DNA from: Planctomycetota bacterium
GTDB taxonomy: Bacteria; Planctomycetota; Planctomycetia; Pirellulales; UBA7805
Assembly (NCBI GenBank): GCA_036337375.1
Contig: JAYZEI010000003.1
Coordinates: forward strand, 1 to 49,144
DNA length: 49,144 bases
Reading direction: 5' to 3'
This document shows, one piece after another, positions 18,949 to 29,818 of the stretch. Each line of letters begins with the position of its first letter. Position 1 is the first letter of the stretch. Made by a program: the position numbers and the translations under genes. The notes beneath the pieces were generated by a model that did no database searches, was not told the DNA's origin, and saw nothing but the letters and a program-made list of their open reading frames with translations.

Positions 18949-19836
18949 TTACTGATCCAACAACTTGGCGATATGCTCGCGAAGTTTGCTGCCATGATGT
19001 GGGTCGGCCAGCGCGAACTCGACAAACGTGCGAAAGTAGCTGTCGAAATTGCCGATATCGAAACGGCGCTCGCCCGCATCGAGCCGAATGCCGATGCCTT
19101 TGCCGCCCGCCTGCAACACGCGGCGGATCGCATCGGTTAATTGAATCTCGCCACCCTTGCCGGGTTCGGTCTCGGCCAGTTTTTCAAAAATCGAGGCGCC
19201 GAACACGTAACGTGACGCGACGGCCAGTGTGCTGGGCGCCTCTTCGACGCTCGGTTTTTCCACCAAGTCCTCCAGTTCAAACACGTCGCCCGCCTCACCG
19301 CGAGGTTTGGCAATGCCGTAATGTACGACGTCGCGGCGATCAGCAATCTCTTCAAATGCAATAACGACGTCGGCCCTTTCTTGTTCGTACTGATGTACCA
19401 TCCGTTGAACTATATTCGACTGCGCGTGCAGCCCGATAATCGAGTCGCCCAGTGCCACGACAAACGGCTGGTCGGCCACAAAGGGCTGCGCGCAAAGCAC
19501 GGCGTGCCCCAGACCAAGCTGTTCGCGCTGACGCGTGTAGGCGAATTCAATCGGTTCGCGCTCGAACTGCAGTGCTTCGAGTTGATCTTCGCGGCCCGTC
19601 TGCCGCAGGTAAGCGATCAATTCACTATTCCAGTCAAAAAAATCTTCAATGGACTGCTTGCCATTGCCGGTAATGAATAGGATTCGATGAATCCCAGATT
19701 GGGCCAACTCTTCGACCACATACTGCACGACCGGCTTGCGGCCAACGGGAAGCATTTCCTTGGGCTGTGATTTGGTCGACGGCAGCAGGCGGGTGCCAAT
19801 GCCGGCGACCGGAACAACGGCTAAGTCGATGGCCAT
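18949..19836 (-). CDS. galU: UTP:sugar-1-phosphate uridylyltransferase (GalU family)
   Basis: VPVAGIGTRLLPSTKSQPKEMLPV, RQREQLGLGHAV, LVEKP, GEIQLTDAI, DIGN. Confidence 0.9.
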   Translation of the reverse strand: MAIDLAVVPVAGIGTRLLPSTKSQPKEMLPVGRKPVVQYVVEELAQSGIHRILFITGNGKQSIEDFFDWNSELIAYLRQTGREDQLEALQFEREPIEFAYTRQREQLGLGHAVLCAQPFVADQPFVVALGDSIIGLHAQSNIVQRMVHQYEQERADVVIAFEEIADRRDVVHYGIAKPRGEAGDVFELEDLVEKPSVEEAPSTLAVASRYVFGASIFEKLAETEPGKGGEIQLTDAIRRVLQAGGKGIGIRLDAGERRFDIGNFDSYFRTFVEFALADPHHGSKLREHIAKLLDQ

Positions 19837-20070
19837 AGAATCTCATTTCGAAGGGCGGATATCGTTGGCGAAAGATTTACGATCCATGCGCATCCGCATC
19901 GTAACGCGAATCGTAAGCCAAAGACAAGGATGTGATATTTCACGAGTGTGGCGGATTCCCCCGCCGTTGAGATCGGCGTTGGTGCCGACGTGAGGGACCA
20001 CAATGCGATAGTTGGCTGGTTCGCCTGAATGCAGTAGGTTAGTCGTAATCCGGCCGGCTGTGCCATCTTC

Positions 20071-21114
20071 TTGTTGCTGATTCTGATTTGTCCATACGTC
20101 GAGGTTGACGCAATTTCTGCCATTGCACTGGTAACTGGCGCCAACGGTTTTCTGGGCCGTTACATCGTCGAGCAACTGCTCGAACGAGGCAGCCGAGTCC
20201 GCGCGTTTTGCCGTAGCCGCGACGACCATCTAGAGCAGCTCGGCGCGGAGCTGCATTTGGGTGATATTCGCGACCGTGAAGCGGTTTGCGCGGCGTGTGG
20301 CGGGATCGATGTTGTCTACCACGCGGCGGGCGTGGCGGGAATTTGGGGGCCGTGGGAACGCTTTCACTCGATCAATACGGCGGGCACGGCGCATGTGATC
20401 GATGGCTGTCGGCAGCGGGCCGTACCAAAACTCGTTTATACGAGCAGCCCCAGCGTAACGTTCGACGGCAGGCCGCAGGAGGGCATTGATGAATCGGCAC
20501 CGTATTCCAGTCGCTGGCTCTGCCATTATCCGCACACCAAGGCGCTCGCCGAGCAAGCTGTTTTGGCGGCCAATGATGACCAACTGGCGACCTGTAGTTT
20601 GCGTCCGCATTTGATTTGGGGTCCCCGTGATCGGCATCTCGTCCCCCGGCTGTTGCAGCGAGCGCGAGCGGGCCAATTGAAACGCGTTGGCGACGGGACG
20701 AATTTGGTTGACATGATCTACGTTGAAAATGCGGCAGCGGCGCACTTGCGAGCGGCCGACGTGTTGGGGCCGAGAACGGCGGTGGCGGGCCGCGCTTATT
20801 TCATCAGCCAAGGTGAGCCGGTCAACTGCTGGGCATGGATCAACCAAATTCTAAATTTTTCGGGAATCCCCGCAGTCCAGAAGGCAATTTCCATGGGGGC
20901 CGCCTGGCGCATCGGCCACGCGCTGGAATGTGTGCATCGGTTATTCGGCATCGAACGGGAACCACGCATGACCCGGTTTCTCGCCGCTCAGCTGGGCGGT
21001 TCGCATTATTTCGATATCGAGCGAGCCCGCAACGATTTCGGCTACTCGCCACAAGTTTCGACGAACGAGGGCATGGTGCGGCTGGGGAACTGGCTGGCAG
21101 ACGGCAAAAAGTAA
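20071..21114 (+). CDS. oleD: OleD-like extended SDR (2-alkyl-3-oxoalkanoate reductase / 3-beta-HSD family); start codon uncertain
   Basis: TGANGFLG, YTSSPSV, YPHTK (YxxxK), LRPHLIWGPRD, C-terminal MTRFLAAQL..SHYFDI..AR.DFGY typical of OleD. Confidence 0.8.
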   Translation: MLLILICPYVEVDAISAIALVTGANGFLGRYIVEQLLERGSRVRAFCRSRDDHLEQLGAELHLGDIRDREAVCAACGGIDVVYHAAGVAGIWGPWERFHSINTAGTAHVIDGCRQRAVPKLVYTSSPSVTFDGRPQEGIDESAPYSSRWLCHYPHTKALAEQAVLAANDDQLATCSLRPHLIWGPRDRHLVPRLLQRARAGQLKRVGDGTNLVDMIYVENAAAAHLRAADVLGPRTAVAGRAYFISQGEPVNCWAWINQILNFSGIPAVQKAISMGAAWRIGHALECVHRLFGIEREPRMTRFLAAQLGGSHYFDIERARNDFGYSPQVSTNEGMVRLGNWLADGKK

Positions 21115-21223
21115 TCGGCCTCGACCGCCTGGGCGAGATTCAGGCCTGAAACTGAAACCAGCAAGAGCGAGGCTCCGGCCGATCCCAGCCACCGCAAGCA
21201 GACCGACCTGAGGTGGTCACTCC

Positions 21224-21252
21224 TTGCCAATTCCCCCAAATATAGATAGCCT
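21224..21252 (+). promoter_or_regulatory. Sigma70-like promoter of the fabF cluster
   Basis: TTGCCA-17-TAGCCT, same architecture as the promoter at 12928. Confidence 0.6.
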
Positions 21253-21291
21253 TAGGGGTTCGAACTTTCGCTCTTACGCTCGTTATCGCTC

Positions 21292-22536
21292 ATGATTTAC
21301 GCGCCCACCGACAGCCGCCGCATTGTCATTACCGGAGTCGGCCTGACTGCGCCGAATGGCAATAGCCTGTCCGAATTTCGAGAGGGCCTGCTTGCGGGTC
21401 GTAGCGGAGTTAGCCGCTACAAGATTCGGTACGTGGGCGACACCTTGGCGGGCGTTTGCGACTACGACCAACTGCGTTATCAAAAACGCAAAGAAGTTCG
21501 TCGCGGCACGCGGGCCGGGAGCATCGGCGTTTACTGCGCACACGAGGCCGTAGCCGACTCGGGCATCGACTGGGACAACACCGACAAATCTCGCGTTGGG
21601 GTGTACATCGGCGTGACCGAGCACGGCAATGTGGAAACAGAAAACGAAGTTTACGAGTTGAAGGGTTACGACTACGACACCCAGTTTTGGTCGCACCACC
21701 ACAATCCACGTACAGTGGCCAACAATCCGGCCGGTGAAATCACGTTGAACATGGGCATCACAGGCCCTCATTATTCCATCGGCGCGGCGTGCGCCGCAGG
21801 AAACGCGGGGCTGATTCAAGGCGCGCAAATGTTGTGGCTGGGCGACTGCGACGTGGCTCTGGCGGGCGGTGTTTCGGAGAGCATTCATACGTTCGGCATA
21901 TTCGCTAGCTTCAAGAGCCAGGGCGCTTTGGCCGAACATGAAGATCCGGCCAAAGCGTCGCGGCCCTTCGACGAGCAGCGCAACGGAATCGTCGTGGCCG
22001 AAGGCGGCTGTATGTATGTTCTGGAACGCTACTCGGATGCCAAGGCCCGCGATGCGAAGATCTACGGCGAGTTGGCCGGGTACGCGATCAACAGCGACGC
22101 CAGTGATTTCGTTTTACCCAACCCGGAACGGCAGGCCGAGTGCATCTCGTTGGCGCTGCAGCGAGCGGGTATTGCAGCGGAACAAGTTGACATTGTCAGC
22201 ACGCATGCGACGGGGACCAGCGAGGGCGACATTCAAGAATGCCAGGCATTGCGGCGTGTGTTTGGTGACAGCCAAAAGACGCTGATCAATAATACGAAAA
22301 GTTTCATCGGCCACGCCATGGGCGCAGCGGGTGTGCTGGAATTGACCGGAAATCTGCCGGCTTTCGACGACGGTGTTTGCCACCCGACAATCAATGTTGA
22401 ACAGGTGGACCCCCAGTGTGCGGTCACCGGCCTCGTTTGCGGTCAGCCTCGTGAGACCGACGGCGTGAATTATATTCTTAATAATTCCTTCGGGATGCTT
22501 GGAATTAACTCAACGGTAGTGATAAAAAAGGTTTGA
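21292..22536 (+). CDS. fabF: Beta-ketoacyl-ACP synthase II family
   Basis: Cys-His-His triad: GAACAAG, STHATGT, KSFIGHAMGAAG; SRPFD; NSFG. Confidence 0.92.
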   Translation: MIYAPTDSRRIVITGVGLTAPNGNSLSEFREGLLAGRSGVSRYKIRYVGDTLAGVCDYDQLRYQKRKEVRRGTRAGSIGVYCAHEAVADSGIDWDNTDKSRVGVYIGVTEHGNVETENEVYELKGYDYDTQFWSHHHNPRTVANNPAGEITLNMGITGPHYSIGAACAAGNAGLIQGAQMLWLGDCDVALAGGVSESIHTFGIFASFKSQGALAEHEDPAKASRPFDEQRNGIVVAEGGCMYVLERYSDAKARDAKIYGELAGYAINSDASDFVLPNPERQAECISLALQRAGIAAEQVDIVSTHATGTSEGDIQECQALRRVFGDSQKTLINNTKSFIGHAMGAAGVLELTGNLPAFDDGVCHPTINVEQVDPQCAVTGLVCGQPRETDGVNYILNNSFGMLGINSTVVIKKV

Positions 22537-22588
22537 ATTAACGGTTGACGATCAAGAACGAAACAGAGCGAACGGGACGGAGTTTAGA

Positions 22589-22849
22589 ATGACGACCGAC
22601 GAAATCCGCGAAGCGGTGATTGATATTCTTAGCGACATTGCACCGGACGAAGACCTTGGCGGATTGGACGACGGCGTGGCGTTCCGCGAACAACTCGAAA
22701 TGGACAGTATGGATTTTCTCGATATTGTCATGGAGTTGCGGAAGCGATACCGTGTTCAGGTTCCCGAGGAAGATTACGGCGCGTTGGCCAGTATGAGCAG
22801 TACGGTCGAGTATCTTACGCCGAAGTTGGAAGATACGGAAAAAGTCTAG
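22589..22849 (+). CDS. Acyl carrier protein
   Basis: 86 aa, acidic, LEMDSMDFLDIV phosphopantetheine Ser motif; GGAG RBS. Confidence 0.92.
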   Translation: MTTDEIREAVIDILSDIAPDEDLGGLDDGVAFREQLEMDSMDFLDIVMELRKRYRVQVPEEDYGALASMSSTVEYLTPKLEDTEKV

Positions 22850-22972
22850 TATTCGGGGTTCGGCTGCAGAAACAGTTATTTAACACCCTGTCTCAGCCGC
22901 CGGTATTTCTGCAGTACGCAGCCGGCGACGTGGACTGGGCATCGAAGAAAGATGCCCGCAGGAACGCTCGCG

Positions 22973-24361
22973 ATGTACGATACCGTCATTATCGGCGCCG
23001 GCATGTCGGGTTTGGCCGCGGGAATCCGGCTGGCGTATTACGATCGGCGCGTTTGCATTCTTGAACGGCACACGACGATCGGCGGTTTAAATTCGTTCTA
23101 TCGATTGGGCGGCCGCAACTACGATGTCGGCCTGCACGCGGTCACGAATTACACCCCCAAGGGCGCCCGCAAAGGTCCGTTGGCACGATTGCTGCGGCAG
23201 TTGCGGATGCAGTGGGAGGACTTTGGACTCGCGCCGCAGATCGGTTCTGAGATCGCGTTTCCCGATGTGCGGATGCGGTTTGGAAATAATTTTGAGTTAT
23301 TTCAGGCCGAAGTCGAGCGGTGCTTTCCGGATCAGAGAGATAATTTCAAAAAACTGCTCGACAAGATTGTCGATTACGATGACTTGAAACAAGATTTGTT
23401 CAATATCACGGCACGGCCGATTCTGCGAGAGACGATTACCGATCCGCTGCTGGTCGAAATGATACTGTGTCCGATTATGTGGTACGGCAATCCGCGGGCG
23501 CGGGACATGGATTTTGGGCTGTTCTGTATTATGTTCCGCAGCATTTTTCTTGAGGGGTTTGCGCGACCATTTGAGGGTGTGCGAATCATATTAAAGAAAC
23601 TGGTCCACAAGTTTCGTAATCTCGGTGGCGAACTAAAACTGCGGGCGGGCGTGAGTCGCATTAAAGTGGAAAACGGCAGGGCGAGTGGTGTGGTGCTGGA
23701 GGACGGCCAGGAGCTTGCCGCGAGGCAGGTGCTCTCGTCGGCCGGATGGATTGAAACGATGCGGATGTGCGACGAAGCTGAAGAGGTCGACGCTTCGCAG
23801 GCGGGGAATCTGTCATTTGTCGAGGCAATTGCGGTGCTCGATAAGCAGCCGCGAGAATTGGATCACCACCGGACGACCCTGTTTTTCAACGACTCGGAAA
23901 AATTCCATTGGGAACAACCTGACGAACTGTGCGACGTGCGGACGGGCGTTATTTGTTCGCCAAACAACTTTGCTTACGACGACGGCGCATCGTTGGACGA
24001 CGGCATGATCCGCATCACTGCGCAGGCAAATTTTGATCGCTGGATCAGTTTGGAAGACGAGGAATATCAACTGGCCAAACTGCGGTGTTACGATCGCGTT
24101 TTTGAGTCCGGGGTCCGTTTCATGCCTGACGTGCGAAATCATATCATCGATACGGACATGTTTACTCCTAAGACAATCCGGCGATTTACTTCGCACGACA
24201 ACGGCGCGGTCTACGGCGCGCCCCACAAGAGACTGGACGGCGAAACACCCGTTTCGAATTTGTTTCTGTGTGGGACCGACCAGGGATTCGTCGGCATTAT
24301 CGGCGCGATGTTCAGCGGGGTGGCGATGGCGAATCGCTGCCTGAGATCGCTGGTCGCTTAA
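22973..24361 (+). CDS. FAD-dependent oxidoreductase, phytoene desaturase (CrtI)-like
   Basis: IIGAGMSGL Rossmann motif, GGLNS.Y...[15 protein letters not shown]...GAVYG, NLFLCG; AGGA RBS favours ATG 22973. Confidence 0.88.
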   Translation: MYDTVIIGAGMSGLAAGIRLAYYDRRVCILERHTTIGGLNSFYRLGGRNYDVGLHAVTNYTPKGARKGPLARLLRQLRMQWEDFGLAPQIGSEIAFPDVRMRFGNNFELFQAEVERCFPDQRDNFKKLLDKIVDYDDLKQDLFNITARPILRETITDPLLVEMILCPIMWYGNPRARDMDFGLFCIMFRSIFLEGFARPFEGVRIILKKLVHKFRNLGGELKLRAGVSRIKVENGRASGVVLEDGQELAARQVLSSAGWIETMRMCDEAEEVDASQAGNLSFVEAIAVLDKQPRELDHHRTTLFFNDSEKFHWEQPDELCDVRTGVICSPNNFAYDDGASLDDGMIRITAQANFDRWISLEDEEYQLAKLRCYDRVFESGVRFMPDVRNHIIDTDMFTPKTIRRFTSHDNGAVYGAPHKRLDGETPVSNLFLCGTDQGFVGIIGAMFSGVAMANRCLRSLVA

Positions 24362-24395
24362 TCGGTTCTTCATCGACCAATTTACAATCAAACTC

Positions 24396-25868
<1,473 letters not shown>

Positions 25869-25906
25869 TTTCGTCAGCGCGGGCCGCTCTAGAAGTCGAA
25901 GAACTT

Positions 25907-26353
25907 ATGACTCTTGAAGCTATCAAGGCGGCTATACCGCATCGCGAACCTTTTTTATTGCTCGACGAAATCGTTGAGCAAGGCGAAAACCGAATCGTCT
26001 GTCGCAAGAAGTTTACGGGTGATGAGTTTTGGTATACCGGCCATTATCCGGATTTTCCGTTGACGCCAGGTGTGATTCTCTGCGAAGCAGCAATGCAGGC
26101 CGGTGGTGTGCTGTTGTCCCAATTTGTTGGCGAGGGGCAGGTTCCGGTCGTTACCCGCTTAAACGACGCGAGGTTTAAACGCATGGTCCGCCCCGGCGAT
26201 ACGGTGGAACTTGAAGCAAAAATAACCGACCGGGTCAGCAAAGCGATTGTACTTGCGGCCAAAGTGACCGTTGCAGGGAAGCTAGCGGCAAGGTTGTCGT
26301 TCGTATGCACCTTTGCCGTAGTCGAAACCGATTCCCCAGGCGAACCGTCGTGA
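25907..26353 (+). CDS. fabZ: 3-hydroxyacyl-ACP dehydratase (FabZ family)
   Basis: [36 protein letters not shown]. Confidence 0.9.
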   Translation: MTLEAIKAAIPHREPFLLLDEIVEQGENRIVCRKKFTGDEFWYTGHYPDFPLTPGVILCEAAMQAGGVLLSQFVGEGQVPVVTRLNDARFKRMVRPGDTVELEAKITDRVSKAIVLAAKVTVAGKLAARLSFVCTFAVVETDSPGEPS

Positions 26354-27147
26354 ATTTCCTAGATCTGGATGGCAAGACGATTGTTGTTTTTGGCGTCGCC
26401 AATCGCAAAAGTGTGGCGTACCACGTCGGCCGGGTTTTGAGTGAAGCTGGAGCTCGCGTCCTGTACGTTGTTCGCTCGGAAGAGCGTAAATCACAGCTCA
26501 ATAAAATTTTGAACGACGCACCGATTTTTGTTTGTGACGTTGAAGATGAGCGGCAAATCGCCAGCCTTCGTGAACGGGTTGCCGTCGGGGAAACGGTGAT
26601 TCACGGACTGGTGCACTCGATTGCATTCGCCGAATACGAGGATGGCATAAAACCGTTTCATGAAACGGGTAAGCGCGAGTTTCTACGCGCGGTGGATATC
26701 TCGTGCTATTCGTTGATAGCTATTTGCAATCAATTCAAGGAATTGCTCGATGCCGATGCGTCCGTCGTAACAATTTCGATCTCGACGACGCGGATGGCTA
26801 GCGAGAATTATGGCTATATGGCGCCGGTGAAAGCGGCGTTGGACAGTTCACTGGCATTCCTCGCCAAATCGTTCAGCGCGTTTTCGCGAGTGCGATTTAA
26901 CGCGGTTGCGCCGGGGTTGCTGAAGACCTCGGCATCGGCGGGAATTCCGGGATACGTCGATTCGTATTTGTACGCCGAAAAGATCATCCCGCGAAATCAG
27001 GCAGTTACCACCGAGGAGGCAGCAAACGCCGCGGCGTTTCTACTGAGTTCACGGTCGAGCGGCATTAACGCGCAGCAGATAATTGTCGATGCCGGAATGT
27101 CGATCAATTATTTCGACCGCGAGGTTGTGAAACGTATGGCTGAGTGA
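26350..27147 (+). CDS. fabI: Enoyl-ACP reductase (FabI family)
   Basis: [27 protein letters not shown]-x6-K (YGYMAPVK), KTSASAGI; GTG start overlaps the fabZ TGA. Confidence 0.9.
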   Translation: MNFLDLDGKTIVVFGVANRKSVAYHVGRVLSEAGARVLYVVRSEERKSQLNKILNDAPIFVCDVEDERQIASLRERVAVGETVIHGLVHSIAFAEYEDGIKPFHETGKREFLRAVDISCYSLIAICNQFKELLDADASVVTISISTTRMASENYGYMAPVKAALDSSLAFLAKSFSAFSRVRFNAVAPGLLKTSASAGIPGYVDSYLYAEKIIPRNQAVTTEEAANAAAFLLSSRSSGINAQQIIVDAGMSINYFDREVVKRMAE

Positions 27148-27153
27148 CGTCGG

Positions 27154-27543
27154 CTAGTTGCGGATTCGCCATACATCGTCGACTTTCTCAAAAACCATCG
27201 ACTGTTTCGCGGTGCGGTTGGGAATCTTGATCAGGTAGGTCGCCTTCTTGCCGGATTCGCTGAGTTTCGGCTCGAGCGATTGGGTTTGTTTGAGCGCCGC
27301 AACAAGATGTTTGCCCTTGTTCTTGGCAACCTTGCGGACGAGTTCTTCCAGGGTTCTGGTCTGAAGCAGTTTATTTAATTCGCCCGGGTGCGCGTGTGTG
27401 GTGATGAATTTTTCATACTGTTCGGCTTCGAGCAATTTAATCGCAGCGGCGACGGCCTTCGTCAGGTCGCTCGGTGGTTCATCCGCCTGCGCGGTTGCCG
27501 CAAATGGGCTGATGAGAATTGCAGAGGCGATAAGTATTCTCAT
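27154..27543 (-). CDS. Small secreted hypothetical protein
   Basis: Signal peptide MRILIASAILISPFAATAQA from ATG 27543; C-terminal FEKVDDVWRIRN (NTF2-like ending). Confidence 0.72.
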   Translation of the reverse strand: MRILIASAILISPFAATAQADEPPSDLTKAVAAAIKLLEAEQYEKFITTHAHPGELNKLLQTRTLEELVRKVAKNKGKHLVAALKQTQSLEPKLSESGKKATYLIKIPNRTAKQSMVFEKVDDVWRIRN

Positions 27544-27747
27544 GCCGCGTTTCCACGCTGGACTGCAGGGGATGTTACCGTCGTTCGGACCGCCCTTGCC
27601 TCGCCGTCGGCGTTCCAAAGCAATTGCGAAGGATCGACCTGCCGCGGGAAACTGTCCTGGCGGACACGCCGCGTCACTATAACAAAAAACGCTGCGAAAA
27701 ACCGAAGTTTTTCACAGCGTGTGAATTGTGCAAGGGCTAACCCTGGC

Positions 27748-29562
27748 CTATTCGCCCGCCAAGCCGGGCACGATGTTGCCGGTTGCTCGGCGAACGGTGT
27801 TGTCGTGACAGAGCACTTTTGACGCGCCAACGAAGTATGTGTGGGAGTCGGCTACGACCAAATTGTATGTCTCGGCCTCTTCGGCCTGATCCACGGTGCT
27901 GGCCGTCGCCGTTCCGTTGACGGCATGTAACTGTGCCCCGCTTTTTAAGTCGCGAGACTTGACCCAGCCATCCCCGGAAACCCAGAACAAGTGGCCGCCG
28001 CTGGTGGTGACTTCACTCCCGTTGATGCTGATCTTGGTCAGTTTGCTCTTGGGCCGAACGGTCGTGGCCAAAACGGGTTTATAGACAAGTTCTCCGGTTT
28101 CAACATCCTGCGAGAGCACGAGGTCGCCGACCTGAATCTTTTCAATTGCGCGAGGTCCCGTGTTGGTCCAGACCATCGTACCGGCCGCAAGGCAGTCGTA
28201 TGCGCCCCCGCCGCCGCTGGCGAGCAGGCTGGGCGGAATGGCCGACTGATCGATGAGCGAGATTTCTTCTTCGCGGTAAGTCGTAGCCAGTGTCTTGTTA
28301 CCGCTGACATAAACTTCGTTGTGCAGGTTCCACCACTCCCACCACTGTCGCGGTGAGTTGAAAACGTTGTCCATGCCTGTCGTGATTTCCAAAGCATCCA
28401 TAATGCGGCGATTTAAATCAATCGTCCGATTATTCTGATCGGTGACGGCTTCCTCTCGCGTTTCCGCCCGATTCCGCACGTCCGAGAGCGCGCGGCGGGT
28501 CGTATCGCGACGGTTGCCGCTGCCATCCACCCGAGGGATGCGCTGGTAGTTGGTATCCAGCACCGTCAGTTCGCGGCTGTCCTGTCCTTCGCGATAAAAT
28601 GCGTGGCGATAGGTGAGCCGCCCACCTCGGCCTTGCAGTACTTCGCGTTGCGTTTGAATCGGCAATCGCAAGGCAGCCAGCATGGCCGGGACAAAGTCGT
28701 CTAACTCACGGTCTTGAAGTTGTTTCGCCGCCGCTTCGCGAACCTTACCGAATTCAGAAAAGATCGCGTGTCGCGCCAAGGAAGTCGAGGCCTCGCTGCC
28801 GCTGAGACCGTCGAGAATATCGATGGCCAGCATCGCCATCGGTTCGCTGTACGTCGAAAGCACGACCTCGACCGCGGGAACGGCGGTCGGATCGGCAATG
28901 TCTTTTAACTGGGCTTTGGCATACTCACGCTGTTTTTTGCTTCGCGACAACACGTTATCCCGAAGTTTTTCCAACCGGGGTCGCCAGAGGGCTAGTGAAG
29001 TGCGAAGTTGTTCGCCGCGGGTCCGCTCGTCGATCAATTCCCGGCGAGTCAGCCACTCATTGTCCACCCGAACGAAGCCCAGCCGCCGTCGAGCTTCGGC
29101 GTGATCGGTTTCGTGTTCAAGGATGCGAGTGAGGTGTGCGCGTTCTTGTTGGAATAGCCGGTTGTCGTGACACCAATTCGCCGTCTTCAGGTTGCCGTGG
29201 GCAGTATCCTTCTCCTCGCTCCGCTTTACGCGATAGCGGGCTAATTTTTTATCGCGGCCGCTGATATCCGGGACTTCGTCTGCTTTGACCCACTGATTTT
29301 TGTATTGCACGTGGCCGGTATGCCAGAGCGCCGGTTTGCATTCGGCCGACTCTGCGAGCGCCTTCTTGAGCAACTGCTCGCGGGCCTTGCCCTGACCGTA
29401 AATCTCACGCTGCAGCGCCTCCGAGACATATTGATCGGCGGCCTTGACCTTTTCGGTCTTGGTTGCCGCGAGGGTCTCGGGCGACCCGAGGGTCAGTGCC
29501 CATCCGTATAAAACCAAAACTCCGAGTGCTTCACGACTGAAGCGAAGATGTGAGCTGGACAT
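27748..29562 (-). CDS. Secreted helical/HEAT-like protein with C-terminal Hint (intein-like) domain
   Basis: Signal peptide; Hint at 27799-28194: CLAAGTMVWT..GPRAIEKIQVGDLVLS...TTSGGHLFWV...TYNLVVADSHTYFVG...CHDN. Confidence 0.9.
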   Translation of the reverse strand: MSSSHLRFSREALGVLVLYGWALTLGSPETLAATKTEKVKAADQYVSEALQREIYGQGKAREQLLKKALAESAECKPALWHTGHVQYKNQWVKADEVPDISGRDKKLARYRVKRSEEKDTAHGNLKTANWCHDNRLFQQERAHLTRILEHETDHAEARRRLGFVRVDNEWLTRRELIDERTRGEQLRTSLALWRPRLEKLRDNVLSRSKKQREYAKAQLKDIADPTAVPAVEVVLSTYSEPMAMLAIDILDGLSGSEASTSLARHAIFSEFGKVREAAAKQLQDRELDDFVPAMLAALRLPIQTQREVLQGRGGRLTYRHAFYREGQDSRELTVLDTNYQRIPRVDGSGNRRDTTRRALSDVRNRAETREEAVTDQNNRTIDLNRRIMDALEITTGMDNVFNSPRQWWEWWNLHNEVYVSGNKTLATTYREEEISLIDQSAIPPSLLASGGGGAYDCLAAGTMVWTNTGPRAIEKIQVGDLVLSQDVETGELVYKPVLATTVRPKSKLTKISINGSEVTTSGGHLFWVSGDGWVKSRDLKSGAQLHAVNGTATASTVDQAEEAETYNLVVADSHTYFVGASKVLCHDNTVRRATGNIVPGLAGE

Positions 29563-29655
29563 TAACCCCCCCTTTTGAGGCGTATGAAGAGACCGTCAGA
29601 CGAGGCCCGCAACCGTGCAAACGACTGTAAACAGGTAGCCCTACTTTCATTACCG

Positions 29656-29684
29656 ATACTAACCAGGGCTGTGAGGATTTGCAA
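29656..29684 (-). promoter_or_regulatory. Sigma70-like promoter of the Hint gene
   Basis: TTGCAA-17-TAGTAT on the minus strand. Confidence 0.55.
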
Positions 29685-29818
29685 GCAAAATCGTGACGGC
29701 CAAAACGCCGTTCGGCGAGGAATTTTCCTCACCAAGTGGAAAAATCGGCCGCTGACGATTAGACTTACGACCGCTCGGTGTTAAGCAACTCAAACACATT
29801 TGCCGCGAAGGACAACTC

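Noticed and set aside
27154-29562. Polymorphic toxin-immunity pair
   Set aside because: No toxin domain follows the Hint domain; the downstream gene is ~200 bp away with its own -10-like element
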